A DNA stretch of 64,000 nt from Klebsormidium nitens (GCA_000708835.1 DF237259.1:1-64000); one strand, 5' to 3'. Counted from the stretch's first letter, positions 10,746 through 24,290 are shown. A program made the numbers and translations. The notes: generated from the letters alone by a model not told the origin.

Positions 10746-13700
10746 ATGGTAGCCCCATTTGATTGGTCTGCCTATCAGGCAACACTAGACAACTTATTCC
10801 ATAGGGAGGGGGATGCATACCCAGCAGGTTCTAACGAGTATGAAGAGCTCAAGGACTTCGTTGCGAGGCTAGCTAAATTCAGGGCTGCACAAGCGAAGCG
10901 TGGTGTAGAAGAGAGCACCAGTGCGGATGCAGAGGCTGCAGACAGGCTGGGGATCCCAGCAAAGTTCGACACCAGGTGCGTCTCAGCATGGTGCAAACCA
11001 CTTAAGTTTATTCTTTATTGTTCTGGCATATCATCGAAAAGCTGTACTCTGAAGCAACATGCCGCTGGACCCCTTTACTATGTCAAACATTGCTGCTGGC
11101 AATCCCAGCTGATACTACTCTGGCACTGCTGAACCTTTCAATCTGACCTGATTGCAATGCTGGTGGCCCCCTTCAAAAGTCTCAGGGATGCCCTCGGAAG
11201 GACTCATCCAGGAACCAGTGTCCAAGAAAATTCAGCTGAAAGAAAGACAGAAAATGAGACTGGCCGTCTCAAAGAGAAGCTTTGTCTGAGGGTGGTACGT
11301 ATGTCAAATAGATGCAACAAGATTGCTTACTAATCGCTGTCTGACCGATTGATATTCTGGAATTATATTACCCCAATCCCAAAGATTTGCTCTCAACTGC
11401 CTGAACCAGATGTTGTGCTTGATAAACGCTTTGAGAAGACGGATACACAAGATTGTTACTCAGAACCATATCGTGTCGGGCAATATGCAGGTACCGTGTG
11501 AATGTTGGCTTGATCACGGATCACAAGCGGAGAGCTGCGCAACATCGTGGCGGTTGTTCCCTTCCTGGGGAAAGAGTGGAAGAATACAAGCAGATGCTTG
11601 TCCTCTACGAGGACTTCCGGCAGGTAAGGTCTTTCGGATGGAGATGGAACGATCTTGCCCCGTGTCTCACAAAGCTTAGGTTTTGGTGTCTGGCTTAACG
11701 CGACTGCAACAATTGGCAGTTGTGGGGCGTCCGTCTTGTTTTGGCAGTTGGCTTCAGATTCGCTTCAAGCTTGTGCCACACAATTAGCAGCTGGTCCTGT
11801 CCCTTTCAGAGTTGCCGATTTGAGTTTTACGTTGAGTTCGCTGGCTTATCCTTCTGTCTATCAATTGCCAGGCCCCTTTCCAGCCTGTCTTGCACACGAT
11901 TACAGACCTGCCGCTAACAATCTGCCTTTCCCACATATGATTGTTCCCACAAGCTCTTGAACTCCTTCTACGGATACAACTTTTCATATGAACAAAAACC
12001 TGCAGCTTATCACTGATCGAAGGGTCCATTCAACAAGTCATAACGGCGACTGTCTTTGCGATGCCGTGACGCAAAACGGATGCCTCCAGACTCAAGAAGG
12101 GTGCCTAAAAACTAACTTGAGTAAGCAAAATCCTCGGTGTCTCGCTTGCCTCATAACTGGCATATTGTCTTTCTTTTCTGCAGAAGCGCCAGTTTGCCAA
12201 GCTCCTCAAGCTCCAAACCGACCGAGCAGCGCTGCCTATCTCCTCGTTTGCGGCTGAGATCACCGCAGCGGTCGAGAGCTCCCAGGCTGTCGTCATCGCC
12301 GGGGACACGGGGTGTGGCAAATCCACGCAGCTCCCGCAGCTTCTGATGACGTCAGGATTTAAGCAGATTGCCGTCACGCAGCCCAGGCGGATAGCGGCCG
12401 TCTCACTGTGTCGAAGAGTAGCGTTCGAGACGCTGAACGAGTATGGGGACGAGATTGCTTACAAGATCAGGTGAGTGAGGCTCTTCAACAAAATCTTTGA
12501 CGATTCGGCTCGAACTTTAGCCTGCTAAGCTGATGGCAAGGTTTATCCTGTTGTGAGGTTTATTCTGGTTATTTTCAGTCGTCAGTCAGGCCTGCTCCCA
12601 GATTTGGTCATGTCAGGCAACGTAACATTATGCTTCTCGAGCGTTCTGTATTTACCAAGATTCTGAAAAAGCGAACTTGCAATCAACTATGATATGCCAC
12701 GTGTCCAGGTTCGATTCGACAAGAGGACGCGGCACAAAGGTCGTGTTCCTGACCGAGGGGGTGCTGCTGCGCGAGATGGTGGGAGACCCAACGCTGAAGC
12801 AATACGAGGTAAACATCGAGCTTGAGTTCTAATTGAGAACGTGTATTGTACGTCATCGAAAAGCCTTTCGTCTTCACCTGCTATTGGTAGATTCGGAGGT
12901 TGGTTCGGCTCGTCAGAATACTGCAATCCATTAATGTTGCTCGCAGAAGGCTGTTTTGTGCAGAGTACCCAGTCGGTCCAAAGACATGAGAAAGGAGGCA
13001 GCCACATGACCATCTCAACAGAAGGTAGAAGGAGGATCACTTACTTCAAGGGTCCTTAACGCGAAGTGCTGCTTGTAGACAGAATCCGCGGCCAGAGCCG
13101 GGGGCAATCAAAAGCGAGACTTCCAGAAAGGGGAGGCTCGTGGTGTTGAGTCTACTTTTGTGACCCACTGAGCATCAACGACGGCAGGTCCTACTGGTAA
13201 TGAGATTCATGATTGACACCTAAGCGCCGACCTGCTTTTGGGCTTGCTCAAGGGGATTGCTACGTGCTAAGCCCAGCTCTTCAAACCTAGAATCCAAATC
13301 TTGACCGCCAGATGACCTGGTAAACCCATACTCGTACCCTTAAACCGAAGTCTAAACATAGTACCTAACCGCGAATCTGCAGGTCCTCGTGGTGGACGAG
13401 GTCCATGAGCGTCATTTGAGCACCGATCTGTTGCTGGGCCTGCTCAAGGGAATTCTCGCGGAGCGGCCCGACTTGCGCGTGATCCTTATGAGCGCCACCA
13501 TCGATCTTGCCAGGTGAATCTGAACATTTCAAAATCTTCAGATTTGATCGGACGGGTTTGGAAATCAAGCTGATCTTTCGTCCGATGACACCGTGTGCAT
13601 GTGAGAAGTGAGGGAAAGAGGGGACTGTTCTGGAAGAACTGTTAAAAGGTTCGAACCAAAAGGAGCTAATACTCACCAGGTCAGACTCTTCTGGAGTATG

Positions 13701-16700
13701 CCAGTACTTTCGACTGTATTCGCTTACTCAGAAAGTTCACTACCATGATTGAGTTTCCTCTCCTCAGGTTGCGGACATCATGCGGGTCCGAGATGGACTA
13801 CGAGGATACGAAGAGACTTGTAAGGAAGAAGGAAGACAAGGTTGCTGTCTTTCAGGTCCGGGTTGCCGGAAAATATTGTCCCGACCACCTCGCAGGTACT
13901 CCGCCTACTTTGGCAACGCCCCGGTGGTCCAGGTCCCGGGCAGATTGTACCCCATTACGGTTGAGTATTTGCCCCAACAACCGGACGACGAAAAGGCTCA
14001 AAGTTCGGCGCGGGAGGGCGGGAAACGGCGCGAGCGGCGGGGCGCGCAGCGGATCGACGCGCGGCCGTACTTGAAGATTCTGGAGCGGATCGACCAGCAG
14101 TTTCCGGCGGAGCAGAGGGGGGACATGCTCGTCTTCTTGAGCGGTAAGCGGGGTTTTAAAGGTGCATGTTGGGGCTCGCTTTGAGATGTTTCATTTGAAG
14201 CAGTGAGCTGGTTGAGTTTGATTAACATGCTCTGGCGTACCTGTTTTGCCTAAATAGCTGGGAGATTCGATGTTTCACGTGCGGTCCGGTCTGTCGACCT
14301 TGCAGAAGTTGGACGGACAGAGCCGACGGAACGGACCAAACGCTTTGCTTTGATTTTAAGACTCCTTTGAGGATTGGACGGGAACAACCGATCGGAAGTA
14401 CCAAAAGCTTTGGTCCAAATAGTTTAGAGTGAACTTTCTCTCTTATATGCTTTAATCTTTCTCGGACGGCTTCCGCACAGGCATGCAAGAGATGACGACG
14501 GTTGCGGACGCCCTGCGGCCGTACGCAGCTCATACGAGGCGCTGGGTGGTACTGCTGCTCCACAGCGCCCTTTCCGTGGAAGAACAGGTGGGCGCCACGT
14601 GGAAAGCACTTGTTCCATGTCACGATGCATCAGGTATAGTCTCGTCTCCTTTTGCGATTGAACTTGTGTCCAGTTGGTTCCGCTACAAAAAGCGAGTCGG
14701 GGGTTCTCAGCTCTACTCCCTTCTTAGAGGGTTTGCGAAACTTCACCTGACGAGGCGACTTTGTCAAGAATTGCCGATGCAATTGAGGGGGAGTCACTTC
14801 GACCGAAGAGTCAATCTTTTCTTAACAGAAAGCCGGCAACAGAAGAAACACGGAGTTTCTGCAAGATACCTTTCATCAGATCCACAACAAAAGGGGCGAA
14901 CTCCGATTCTGCTTTTATCTGCGTGCTGGTCCTGAGCTTCAGGAGCCGCCTCTGACACAACCGGTCACGGACACTCGTCCGGATTGCGCTGACCGACAGT
15001 ATCCAGTCGTTCGGATAAGTTTTTTGAGCAGCCAGATCGGTATCTTAAGAAGCAGCTTTTGAACTTACTGAATGTCCTTTTGTACTTGAAAGTCATCTGG
15101 ATTGATTGAACCAACTCTTTCTCAACAGGACAAGGTGTTCGACATCGCCCCGGACGGCGTCCGCAAGTGCGTTCTCTCGACCAACATCGCGGAGACAAGT
15201 GTCACCATCGACGGCATCCGCTTCGTGGTGGACAGCGGGCGCGTCAAGGAGATGACGCACGACGTGGCAGGCAGTCTGACGCAGAGCCTACAGGTAAGGA
15301 GATCTACGTTTTCGTTTATCGTTCTGCTTTTAAAGTTCGGCAAAATGAATTGGATATTTGGCCTGCCAAGATCTTCATAAGATTATTCCAGAGCGATAGT
15401 TGACAACTGTCCGTTTTACCAGGTAACGCTAAGTCTGCCGAGAGTCTCAAAAGGGTTCATAGTCACTTATTTTGCGTCGAAGGTGCCGATGTTGAAAGCA
15501 GTATGGTATATGTTCGTTTGTTGTATATGATTGTTGTATATGTTCGTTACATATGTTCGTTCGTCTGTCTGCATTATGGAACCAGCCAGGACTTCTGATC
15601 AATTGGTAGCTGTCTCTCAAGAATCCATGCTCAGTTTCTTTCTCGAAGACGTCAACGTTCCAATTTGTTTTCTGAGCCTAGCATAAGATCGTCAGAGCAT
15701 ATTGCTGTTCGATGATATACCATTTATTCCCTCGCTGGTTCTCAAATTCTCCATCTAGTACGTCTTCAGGCTGCGTTCGTTTCCCTCTCCGAAGCTGAAA
15801 AGAGTTGGAAAGGCGTTTTGTTATCCACTGACGTCACGTAACACGTGTTAGCACCATTGCTCAATCATTCTGGTCCTCATACGGTAAGAAATCGAAAGCT
15901 AGGTGATCTTAATAAGGTCACGAGCGCTCTCCGTGTTACTTCACCTGCCACATGCCCCTGGCGCACCAAGTCTAGATCAAGCGCTATCTCGGCCCAAGTC
16001 CGCCGAAACATGTCCAGTGTTTATCATCCGCGCTGACGTCACCAGCCACGTGTCACCTTCAGGAGGGCTGGATCAGCCGGGCGTCGGCCGAGCAGCGCGC
16101 GGGGCGCGCGGGCCGGACCGGCCCGGGCCACTGCTTTCGGCTCTACTCCCAAACTGACTTCGCCTCATTTCCGGAGTTCACGACCCCCGAAATTAGGCGC
16201 GTCGGATTGGAACAACTGGTCTTACAGATTCTCGCGCTGGGGGGGGGTGACCCCCGGAGCTTCGACTTCCTGGATCCGCCCCCCCCGGAAAGTCTGGAGG
16301 CGGCCGTGCGGAGCTTGGTGAGCCATGAGGCGGTGCGGGCGGCGCCGAGTTATCTTGAGGGGGGGCGGGAGCACCTGGTGCTGACCCCCCTGGGAGAGGT
16401 GAGTACTGGCATTCATTCTGGGGAGAGCCAAAAGCGAGGTGAATTAGGGGGATGCATGACGGGTTTTACGATCTGAAACGACAGATCGCAAAGCAAACTT
16501 TCCGACGTCTGTCAAGACGAAACCGGAATGCGGGATGGTATGGAGAGTCAGAAGACGCAATGTAGACATTTGAGACAGAAACGAGGCTTCCAGTTTAGTG
16601 GTCTGATCTGGGCACTTCCAGAACACCTCCTTTCCGGGGCTCTCACCGACCGCTTTTCTCTGCCTCGCAGGTGCTCTCCGGCCTCCCGGTAGACGTCCCC

Positions 16701-19700
16701 CTGGGCAAGATGCTGGTGCTCGGGTCGCTGTTCCACCTGTCGGGCCCTGTCGTGGCCATGGCGGCCGCGCTCAGCGTGCAGTCGCCTTTCATCAGGCTGC
16801 CAGACGGGGAGGTACGGGGCCCTCGGATCTCAAGACCTTTCGCTCTGAGAAACTTATCACATAATATATCTTGTTGGTTGTCCTTGAACGATGTGACCCA
16901 GTCTCCGAATCGTTTCTTTAGAAAGCACTAAGCTCAACGTATCAAACTCGGACGGGTGGGGTTAGTAGGGGTTTTTGAGGTAGGCACAGGTGCGGAGTAG
17001 TACGTGTTTGGATTCCTCGGTGTGAGCGTCGTTCTCACTAGGATTGAGCTTCTTAGAATTGTTTTAGAGGTTATCAAAACAGACAGACTTACCCCTGTTT
17101 TAGTACAGCCGCATCGAAACGTTTTCCCTTCTTCCTTTCAGGAAGGCGATGAGGCACGTGTCGCACGCCAGTCGCTGCGGTCGGAGCACGGGGACGCATT
17201 CACACTGGCCGCCACATTCGGCCGCTGGATCGCCATCAAACGCGGCCGCGGGGGTGACGACAGCAAGGCGTCAGGCAAGTGGTGCAAAAGGTGGGCGGCC
17301 AACGTACCAAAGTCACAAACTGTGCCTTTGATCAGGTTCCCGCTTCTTCATTTGCAACAGCGTTTGAAGCGAGTGACTTTTTCCCCTCGTCGTTATCTGT
17401 CGGCGTTTGCTCAAGCAAGACCCGCTTGACGTCCGTGTTCTCCACTCGGCGCTCGAAGCAGTTGTTTTCACACTTCGCAGTTTCCAGGGCCCCCATTCAA
17501 TCATGGGGTCTCTCGACATCCGTTGAACGAAACCATGAATTAGCGCCGCCGCAAGCTTTCTGCAGATAGAATTCCCTGTGACACGGAGAGACCGGCTGCC
17601 CTAACGGCCCCTTAACCATGGTCCGTCTTGCCCTTAACCCATGCGAAACCCTCCTCTTCCTGCGCATGATCGCGCCCTTACTGCAGCTTTACTTGGCCCT
17701 CATAAATGCTTAACCCGGCCGCTAGCCGTGCTTAACTTGGCGCCCAGTGATCGTTCACTCGGCCCTCAAGCAAATGCCACCTCAGCCCCTAACCGGCGTT
17801 CACCCGGCCCTAACCGGCGTTCACCCGGCCCTAACCGGTGTCCACCCGGCCCTAACCGTGATCCTAACCCGACTTTCAGGCATGGGTTAGAGGAGCAGCG
17901 CTTGTACGAGATGGCCAAGCTGCAGCGGCAGTTCCAGGACCTTCTGACGGAGAGCGGGCTGCTGAAAAAGGCGAGGGGCGGAGGCATGGGAGGCGGGGAG
18001 CTCCGAAGGGATCCCTTGAAAAGGTGGGATTCCCTCATTCTCTTCCCCATTTTCCCTTCACTCTCCCTTGATCGGTCTTCATCGTGCAGATTTGATTCTT
18101 TCTGCCCGACGGTTTTGTCAAATCTTGGGTGCGGCTTGGTTTGGCTTTAGAAAACCAGGTTGAATGCTCGTAAGAGTTGCACGAAGGGACTTTTGGCAGT
18201 CCTCGGCGCACGGAAACGAGTCGCCGAGCCACGTCGTGCCCATAGCAATTGGCTGAGGGCTCGACCCACGTCGTGCCCATAGCAATTGGCTGAGGGCTCG
18301 ACAATCTCTTGGGGTTTATTAACAAGTGCACGACGGTATGCTCCTTCTCAAACTGTCCTCCTGTCTGAGCCTTCACATGAGACCCATGGAGGTCGGCACA
18401 AAGACAAAGCGCCCGTCCAGCTGACGTCTGCAAAGCCCCGTGTGCTATGCTCATTTCCAAATTCTTCCCCCAACTGACTATGCATGTCCGTTCGTTATGC
18501 TCATTTCCGGACTCTGCCCCCAATCTGACGGTGCATTGGGAAAGCGCCGTACAATACGCTCATTGCAAACCTTTTTCCCCACTCTAGTTGTGCAGAAGAT
18601 GCGACCAGCAGCAGGGGCGCGACGCTGGACTACGCCACGCCTATTTCGGCCAGTTCGTTCGCTCAAAAGTGGGAGAGACCTTTTTTGCCAGTCTGACGGT
18701 GCAGAAAGCGCAAGCAGCGGTGGCGTATCGATGCTCTATCTTCTGGAGCATTTGCTTCAATCTGGTCTCGAAACTAAAGCGAGACTTTTCTGCCACTCCC
18801 ACCTTGGAGAAAGCGCGAGCAGCAGCAGCGGCGACGCTGAATATGCTAAATCCACTCTGAGCTGTCTGCTCGATCAAAGTCTTCAAACTAGGGGCGTGAC
18901 TTTTCTGCCATCCCCTGGTCCAAAAAGCGCGAGCAGACCTTCTGGAGCACTTTTCTCAAATTCAATGCCATAACTAGAGGCGAGCCTTTTTTGCAAATCC
19001 CCGGTGCAGAAAGCGCGAGCAGCAGCAGCGGCGCGACGCGCAGGCGCACCTGCACGAGCTTCAACGAAAGCGCGACCGCGACCGCGGCCGGAAAGTGCTC
19101 AAGCTCTCGGAACCCCTCGAAACGGAACCGGAACCGGAACCGGAACCGGACCCCGACGACGGCGCCCCGCCGGAACCCCTAGACATCCGCAGCCTCGAGC
19201 TGAAACTGACCGTGGACCTGGAAGCATTAGCGGAAGCGACCGGTAGAACCCTCGGCCGAAATGACGTCAACTTGCTCAAGGTGATCATTGCGAGCGGTCT
19301 GTACCCAAACGTGGCGGTACCTGACCCGAACAACAGTCAGCGACGGGAGTCCGAGGCGCTTTTTCACACCAGACACGTGGCGGACGCGCGGCTGCACCCC
19401 GCGAGCGTGCTCGTGGGCGCGGAGGTGCCGCCCACCGCGCGGGAGGTGCTCGTATATACGACGCTGCTGGAGACGCATAAGCTATACGTAACGAACCTGG
19501 TGAGGGCGCTCGAGCTCGGGAGCTCCTTATCGTGTCTTGATCTTCAATGTGGTTTCTTCTGGGCTGCGGAATTGGTCCTTTTGCCTGTTCCTTCATTGTT
19601 CTGTTCGTCTTTCCTTCTCTTTTTTCCTTTCCTTTTGAGGACAATCGAGCAACGTAAACTTGGAGCCTTGATAACTTAGCTGCGAGACCTTTCTCAGCAG

Positions 19701-21886
19701 ACCAGAAACTATATATTATAAGGTTGAACAGAAACCTGCAAGTCCCTCCTTGTCCTTTTCTGGGAGGAGGGGGTTCCAACGGCCTCAAACTGAGCCATTC
19801 CTGGATCCCTTCTGCCTTCTCGTGTTCTCGTGTTTTCGTTGTTGTAGCAGTGCCGAGTGGATCCGGACGCTTTCACCTGTCGCTTGTTAGATCGCAGCTA
19901 CTTCTTCTACTGCTGGCGTCGCCCAGTGTCGAAGTGCTCACTCATTTGCAGGTTATCGACCACACTCCTTCCGTCCGAAATCAGAGAGGTACAGTCACCA
20001 TGGTCCCGCTTGCTTGATTGCGTTTTCACTGCGCTATTTATTGACGAGCTCCTCAATCCTCAATCAGGTCCGTTTGCCAGCGCTTCCGGCCTTGCTGCTT
20101 ACCGGACAGCGAATCCACACCACGCCCGACTGTCGGAGACTCCTGGTCGACGATTGGCTGCTGCTGAGAATCAAAGAAGCTCCCGACGTGGCACAGCATG
20201 TCGTCAAGGCAAGCGAACCTCCTCTTTTTTCCATCAAGAGCAAGTCCCATCAGCTTCCCTTGCTTTCTTTCTGGCCTTTCATCCAAGCTGTGGCCGATGA
20301 AGATTGCTGATCAATCCGCGGAGAAGGGCGCTAACGTGAGGCAGGTGCTTCTTAGACGGGCCTTGCAGCGAGTTGAGAAGAGTACCAGAGGGCGCCCATT
20401 CGGATCTGACATGACGGCAGATAGCGCCTTCGCCTGACGTGGCGCAGAGTATGAGCAACCCCTCTTTCAATCACACAAATTGTTTAGCATTTGAAAGACC
20501 GCACCGTAAATAGTTCTTAGCCTGCTGATGAACGCGACCTTTCTTGATTGTTTGCATTTAAGTTGCTCCACCTCAATTGTGAAAAATAAGAGTCAGTTGC
20601 TTAGGCAGACTGGTATAGCCAGCAAATGGATATCACCAAATCAAACGACGCTACCTTTGTCCGCAGACGGCCTGCGAGCTACGGGCGTCCGTTTCGAAGC
20701 TTTTAAGGATTCGTCTTCGGTCGCACGGGCCGGCCGCGAAGGAGAGCGCGGCCGCGGCCGCGGCTGCGGACGCTCCCGACTGGGTTCAAGAACTGGTGGA
20801 GAGCGTCCGGTCGGACGAGGAAGTCTACTCGGATGACCTGGCAGGTAAGAGAGCCGGGGTAAGAGCGTCGGCGTAAGAGAGATTGGTCTAAGAGTAGACA
20901 AAGAGCGGCCGTGTAGGAACATTGGTACTGTGATTACTCTTTCCGACAGGAACTCTGTGACTGTCAATCAGGGCAGACCAAACAGCTCCTGGATTTGTCC
21001 GGTGCAGAAGGTGTATTAGTCTCACGTTGCGAAGGTGCATACTTCGTGTTTCTGTCAGCTTACTCAAAAACGCTTTTTTCGCCGTTCATTCACGCTCCAA
21101 ACGGCCTCATAACCCGCTCTAAACGGCCGTTAACCTCGTCTCTGAAGCCCACTAAGCCATACCTTAACCCCTGCAGACCGCCTCGCCCAGTTGCTCGACA
21201 CGACCGTTTCTTACACGTGCGAGCGCATCCAGCCGCAGCACGTGCCCGGCCAGTTCGCGCGCTCTAAACCCCCAAACCCCGACCGCGACTCCGCGGCCGC
21301 GCCCCTCCTCCGGGCGGCGCGTGCTGCGCTCTCGGAGGGCGACCAAAGCGCGCCTGAGGAGGGGGTGCAGGTCGCCCCGTTTCTGCGGTGGGGAAGCTTG
21401 GAGCCGTTCGAGTCGCCATTTGTCGGGCATTCTGTGCATATGCGGAAGCACTGGCAGTGTCCGGTGTGCGGGGAGAAGCTGCTGATGAATCTGAACGAGA
21501 TCGAGGAGCATTTGGAAGCGCACGAGGGGGAGAGTAAGAAGGAAATGTTCGAGCGAGCCGCAGAACGCGCGGACCACGGGAAGGGCGGACCGGACGGAGT
21601 TCGGGGTCTGGCGAAGCAAGCGTTCAACGGGGGTGAAGAATCTGAGTCGTTGGAAGGGGAGGGAGTACGGGTTCCAGTGCAGCAAGCAGGTGAAACGAGT
21701 GGGGAAGTTGAGAACCGGAAAACGATGGGAGACGATGTAGGAATGCAAGCGGGTAGCGCAGAGCCAGAGAAAAGAGAGACAGTCAGCGCGGTGCAACGGA
21801 AGCGGTATGTTTGCGAGCAATGCGACAGCAAGGTGTATCTGTTTACCCCGCCGCAGGTCTTGCAGCATAAACGGACGCACAAATGA
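10746..21886 (+). CDS. DHX34: DEAH-box RNA helicase DHX34 (SMGL-2)-like, 16 exons, ~1229 aa
   Basis: Exons 10746-10975, 11491-11623, 12184-12470, 12709-12808, 13383-13513, 13896-14143, 14481-14587, 15129-15293, 16063-16398, 16671-16811, 17142-17290, 17880-18023, 19010-19499, 20068-20208, 20667-20844, 21177-21886; all phases consistent. Motifs [46 protein letters not shown]34-type N-terminus (FDW...GSNEYEE) and C-terminal C2H2-like fingers. Confidence 0.9.
13066..13260 (+). repeat. Decayed duplicate(s) of the DHX34 DEVH exon inside the preceding intron
   Basis: Acceptor gcag at 13187, then VLLV(D)[18 protein letters not shown] versus the real exon [24 protein letters not shown]. Weaker copy VLLVDRI at 13066. 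Confidence 0.8.
17787..17870 (+). repeat. 21-bp tandem repeat (ccctaaccggcgttcacccgg) x3 plus partial copy, at the 3' end of a DHX34 intron
   Basis: Read directly from the sequence. Confidence 0.9.
18527..19040 (+). repeat. ~105-bp degenerate tandem array whose last unit provides the real acceptor and start of DHX34 exon 13
   Basis: (gg)tgcag|aaagcgcgagcagcagc variants at ~18530, 18590, 18697, 18806, 18918 and 19002; most preceded by gagacttttt(t/c)tgcca-like tracts. Confidence 0.8.
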
Positions 21887-22872
21887 CGCCCAGTCTGTTG
21901 CAAAGTCGTGTCTTGCGCATTAGGTCATCTCTTGCGCACTGAAGTGAGACTTACACATGCTGCTATGCGCCCAAAGGCAGCAATTTGGGCCTTTAAAGCG
22001 GTGGTGTATAGAGCTCTGTCGCCTTTTTGATGGACGTCTCGTCGCGCGTGTCGACGGTCAACTGTGGCTTACCATGAAAGAATTGCAGACTTGCGATATT
22101 CTGCGGTGATGTATGCCGAGTGCGCATCCGCAAGTAGTCATTTGTATGCTCTGAGACATAGTGCCTAGCTTTTTGCAACCGTCTACACAGAGTCAAGTGG
22201 AGTTCGTATTGGTTCGCGGCCATAGGCCGCGCATTGTTGTGATAAAACCGGCCGGCTGGGCCCGCCCTTCGACATGTGGCCATGTACATGTTGCATAATA
22301 TCCTTTGCCATACGGTATTACACGCGACCACAAGACTGTCGCGATGCGAGTCGAGGGGCTTGTCATGAGGGTCGCCACTCAATGATTGATTTGGCCATGA
22401 CCGTTGGTCATCTGAATTCTATATGCACTGTCAACTCGCCGCGCCAACTGCATGGATTCTCTATGCATGCGACGTTGCAGTCACTAGCTAGGTTTCATGC
22501 GAAGCGCGGCCCATGTCGGATCGAGCTGTGCATGTATCAGCACCGGCTCTGACGTTATTTGAAACGCATTCGTTCTCAACGAAGATAGACTACTTTTGAA
22601 CCAAAAGTTGTTTTCTTCTAAGAGAGGAAATCAAATGGAAGCTGAACGCAATCTCGGATCGGATGGACGGCTGCGTACGTTTGTTCGCATAGATTTCGGG
22701 TGTCACTAGCTGGGATCTAAGAGCCAACTACTCGTGTTCGTTTGTGATCAAAACTCTGTCAAAAGCTCAATCCAATCCAACTCGGACTCTTTCCTAGATC
22801 TCCAATCACAACGGCTGCAACTCCAAGTATTTACAGCGTATAAAGACTTGCTCGGGCAAGAAACTGTTGATG

Positions 22873-24290
22873 CTACGCCTTAGGCTTGAGCGCCTCTAGA
22901 CGGATCTCACGGATGGCGAAGAACTTGACGTTGTAGCCATACGTCACAAAACCCTGGCCGTTGTCAGTCAGGGTGCTCTGACGCGCGACACCTGTTGCGC
23001 CCGTGTAGATGCCGGTGCCGCCCACGACGGCCAGGTCGGTCGGCGTGTCCGCAAAGAGGCCCTATGAGGGGATGCCACGTGTCAGTACATGACTGATACG
23101 AAACGCGAAAACTTTTCAGGAACCACGTGGCCGGCCGGTGCTGCCTACCTTTCAAAGATGGCTCAGAAGTGTCGCGGTCGACCAGGATCAATCAACATCG
23201 GAGATATTAATTGTAATCAGCAGTTGACGGTCTTCAGATTTTTATTGGAACGTTCATTAAAGAGGAAGAGGGCGAGAATCCAAACATGGCACGCCAGCAG
23301 ACGCCCATTGATTATCCGTCCACTGAGAACCACGTCCAAGAATTAACCGAATCATATTGACCAAAGTCAACCGTGCCGACTTTTGTGATTGGAACTAGTA
23401 TTTATGTAAAGCATGTCAGATTGAGCTAACCCGATCAGGCTTACCGTGACCGTGAAGGAGCCTTCCTTGTGGATGAAGGAGAATTCACACTCTTGCGTGT
23501 AACTGCCTGTCACGGGGTTGAGAGTCTGCGTGTAGGTGCAGATGCCCTGGACGAATCCGAACCGCTCTCCGGTGTTAAAGTCCTCCACCCGATCACTGTC
23601 AGATTGGAAGAAGTGCAGGAATTAGTCAGTTGCAGATGCTGGGATATTGGCACAAGTCTTTAAGAGCAGATCTGCTCTCCAAGAAGGATTTTTAACACAC
23701 TTTTCCTGCTTGTGCAAGTAGTTCAAACATGACACTTTGCTAGTTGTCGATTTCATTACCTGATAAAGGGACTCGGTATACTGGGCTTAACTGAGACCCT
23801 AACCACGTCGGATAACAGGACGCTCTCCACACCCAAAACAACGCTAACCACTAAGCTAACCCCAAAACCAAAAACGAGATCAAAGCGGGCTCACTGGATG
23901 TCTCCGAAGTTGGTGCCGTTGGTCTGCTGCGTCTCAGGGGTGGCGAACTCCCTGAGCTGCAGTCTGAACTCCTTATACTCCAGCTTCTCCTTGAAGCCGT
24001 CCGCACACGCTCGCGAGCAGAAGGGGAATCAGCGCGAGCATCTACAATGAGACGGAAGATTGGGTCATGTACGCAAAGTGAAAGCTCAAAGGATGTGCTT
24101 ACGGTTGCCTCAGCGAACTTAGACTGGGTCTCCAACTTCCTGACCCTTGCACCAAAGAAGAGTCAAAGACTGAAAGGCAAGAATGTTAAGCGCTTCAAGG
24201 AACGACATCAGAAAAGCGTTGTCAGGAAGCTAGCAGACAAACCGAAGTACTGAAGGTCACGGGAAGTAAAAACTCACCATAAGACGAGTG
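22873..24290 (-). CDS. Allene oxide cyclase/dirigent-like beta-barrel protein, multi-exon; 5' exons unresolved
   Basis: KEFRLQLREFATPETQQTNGTNFGDI (~23990-23897). Exon ~23595-23445 GERFGFVQGICTYTQ...ECEFSFIHKEGSFTVT. Exon 23061-22873 GLFADTPTDLAVVGGTGIYTGATG (GGTG motif). Possible first exon MALTRLM|gtgagt at ~24298. Confidence 0.6.

Noticed and set aside
17787-17870. Interstitial telomeric repeat (ccctaac)
   Set aside because: The motif is embedded in a 21-bp minisatellite rather than forming a tandem telomere array.
19124-19150. (GAACCG)n repeat as a separate element
   Set aside because: It simply encodes an EPEPEP linker inside DHX34 exon 13.
19849-19950. An extra DHX34 exon (gtagcag...catttgcag)
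   Set aside because: The translation does not fit DHX34, and exon 13 joins exon 20068 in phase, giving the expected NL|VRLPAL.
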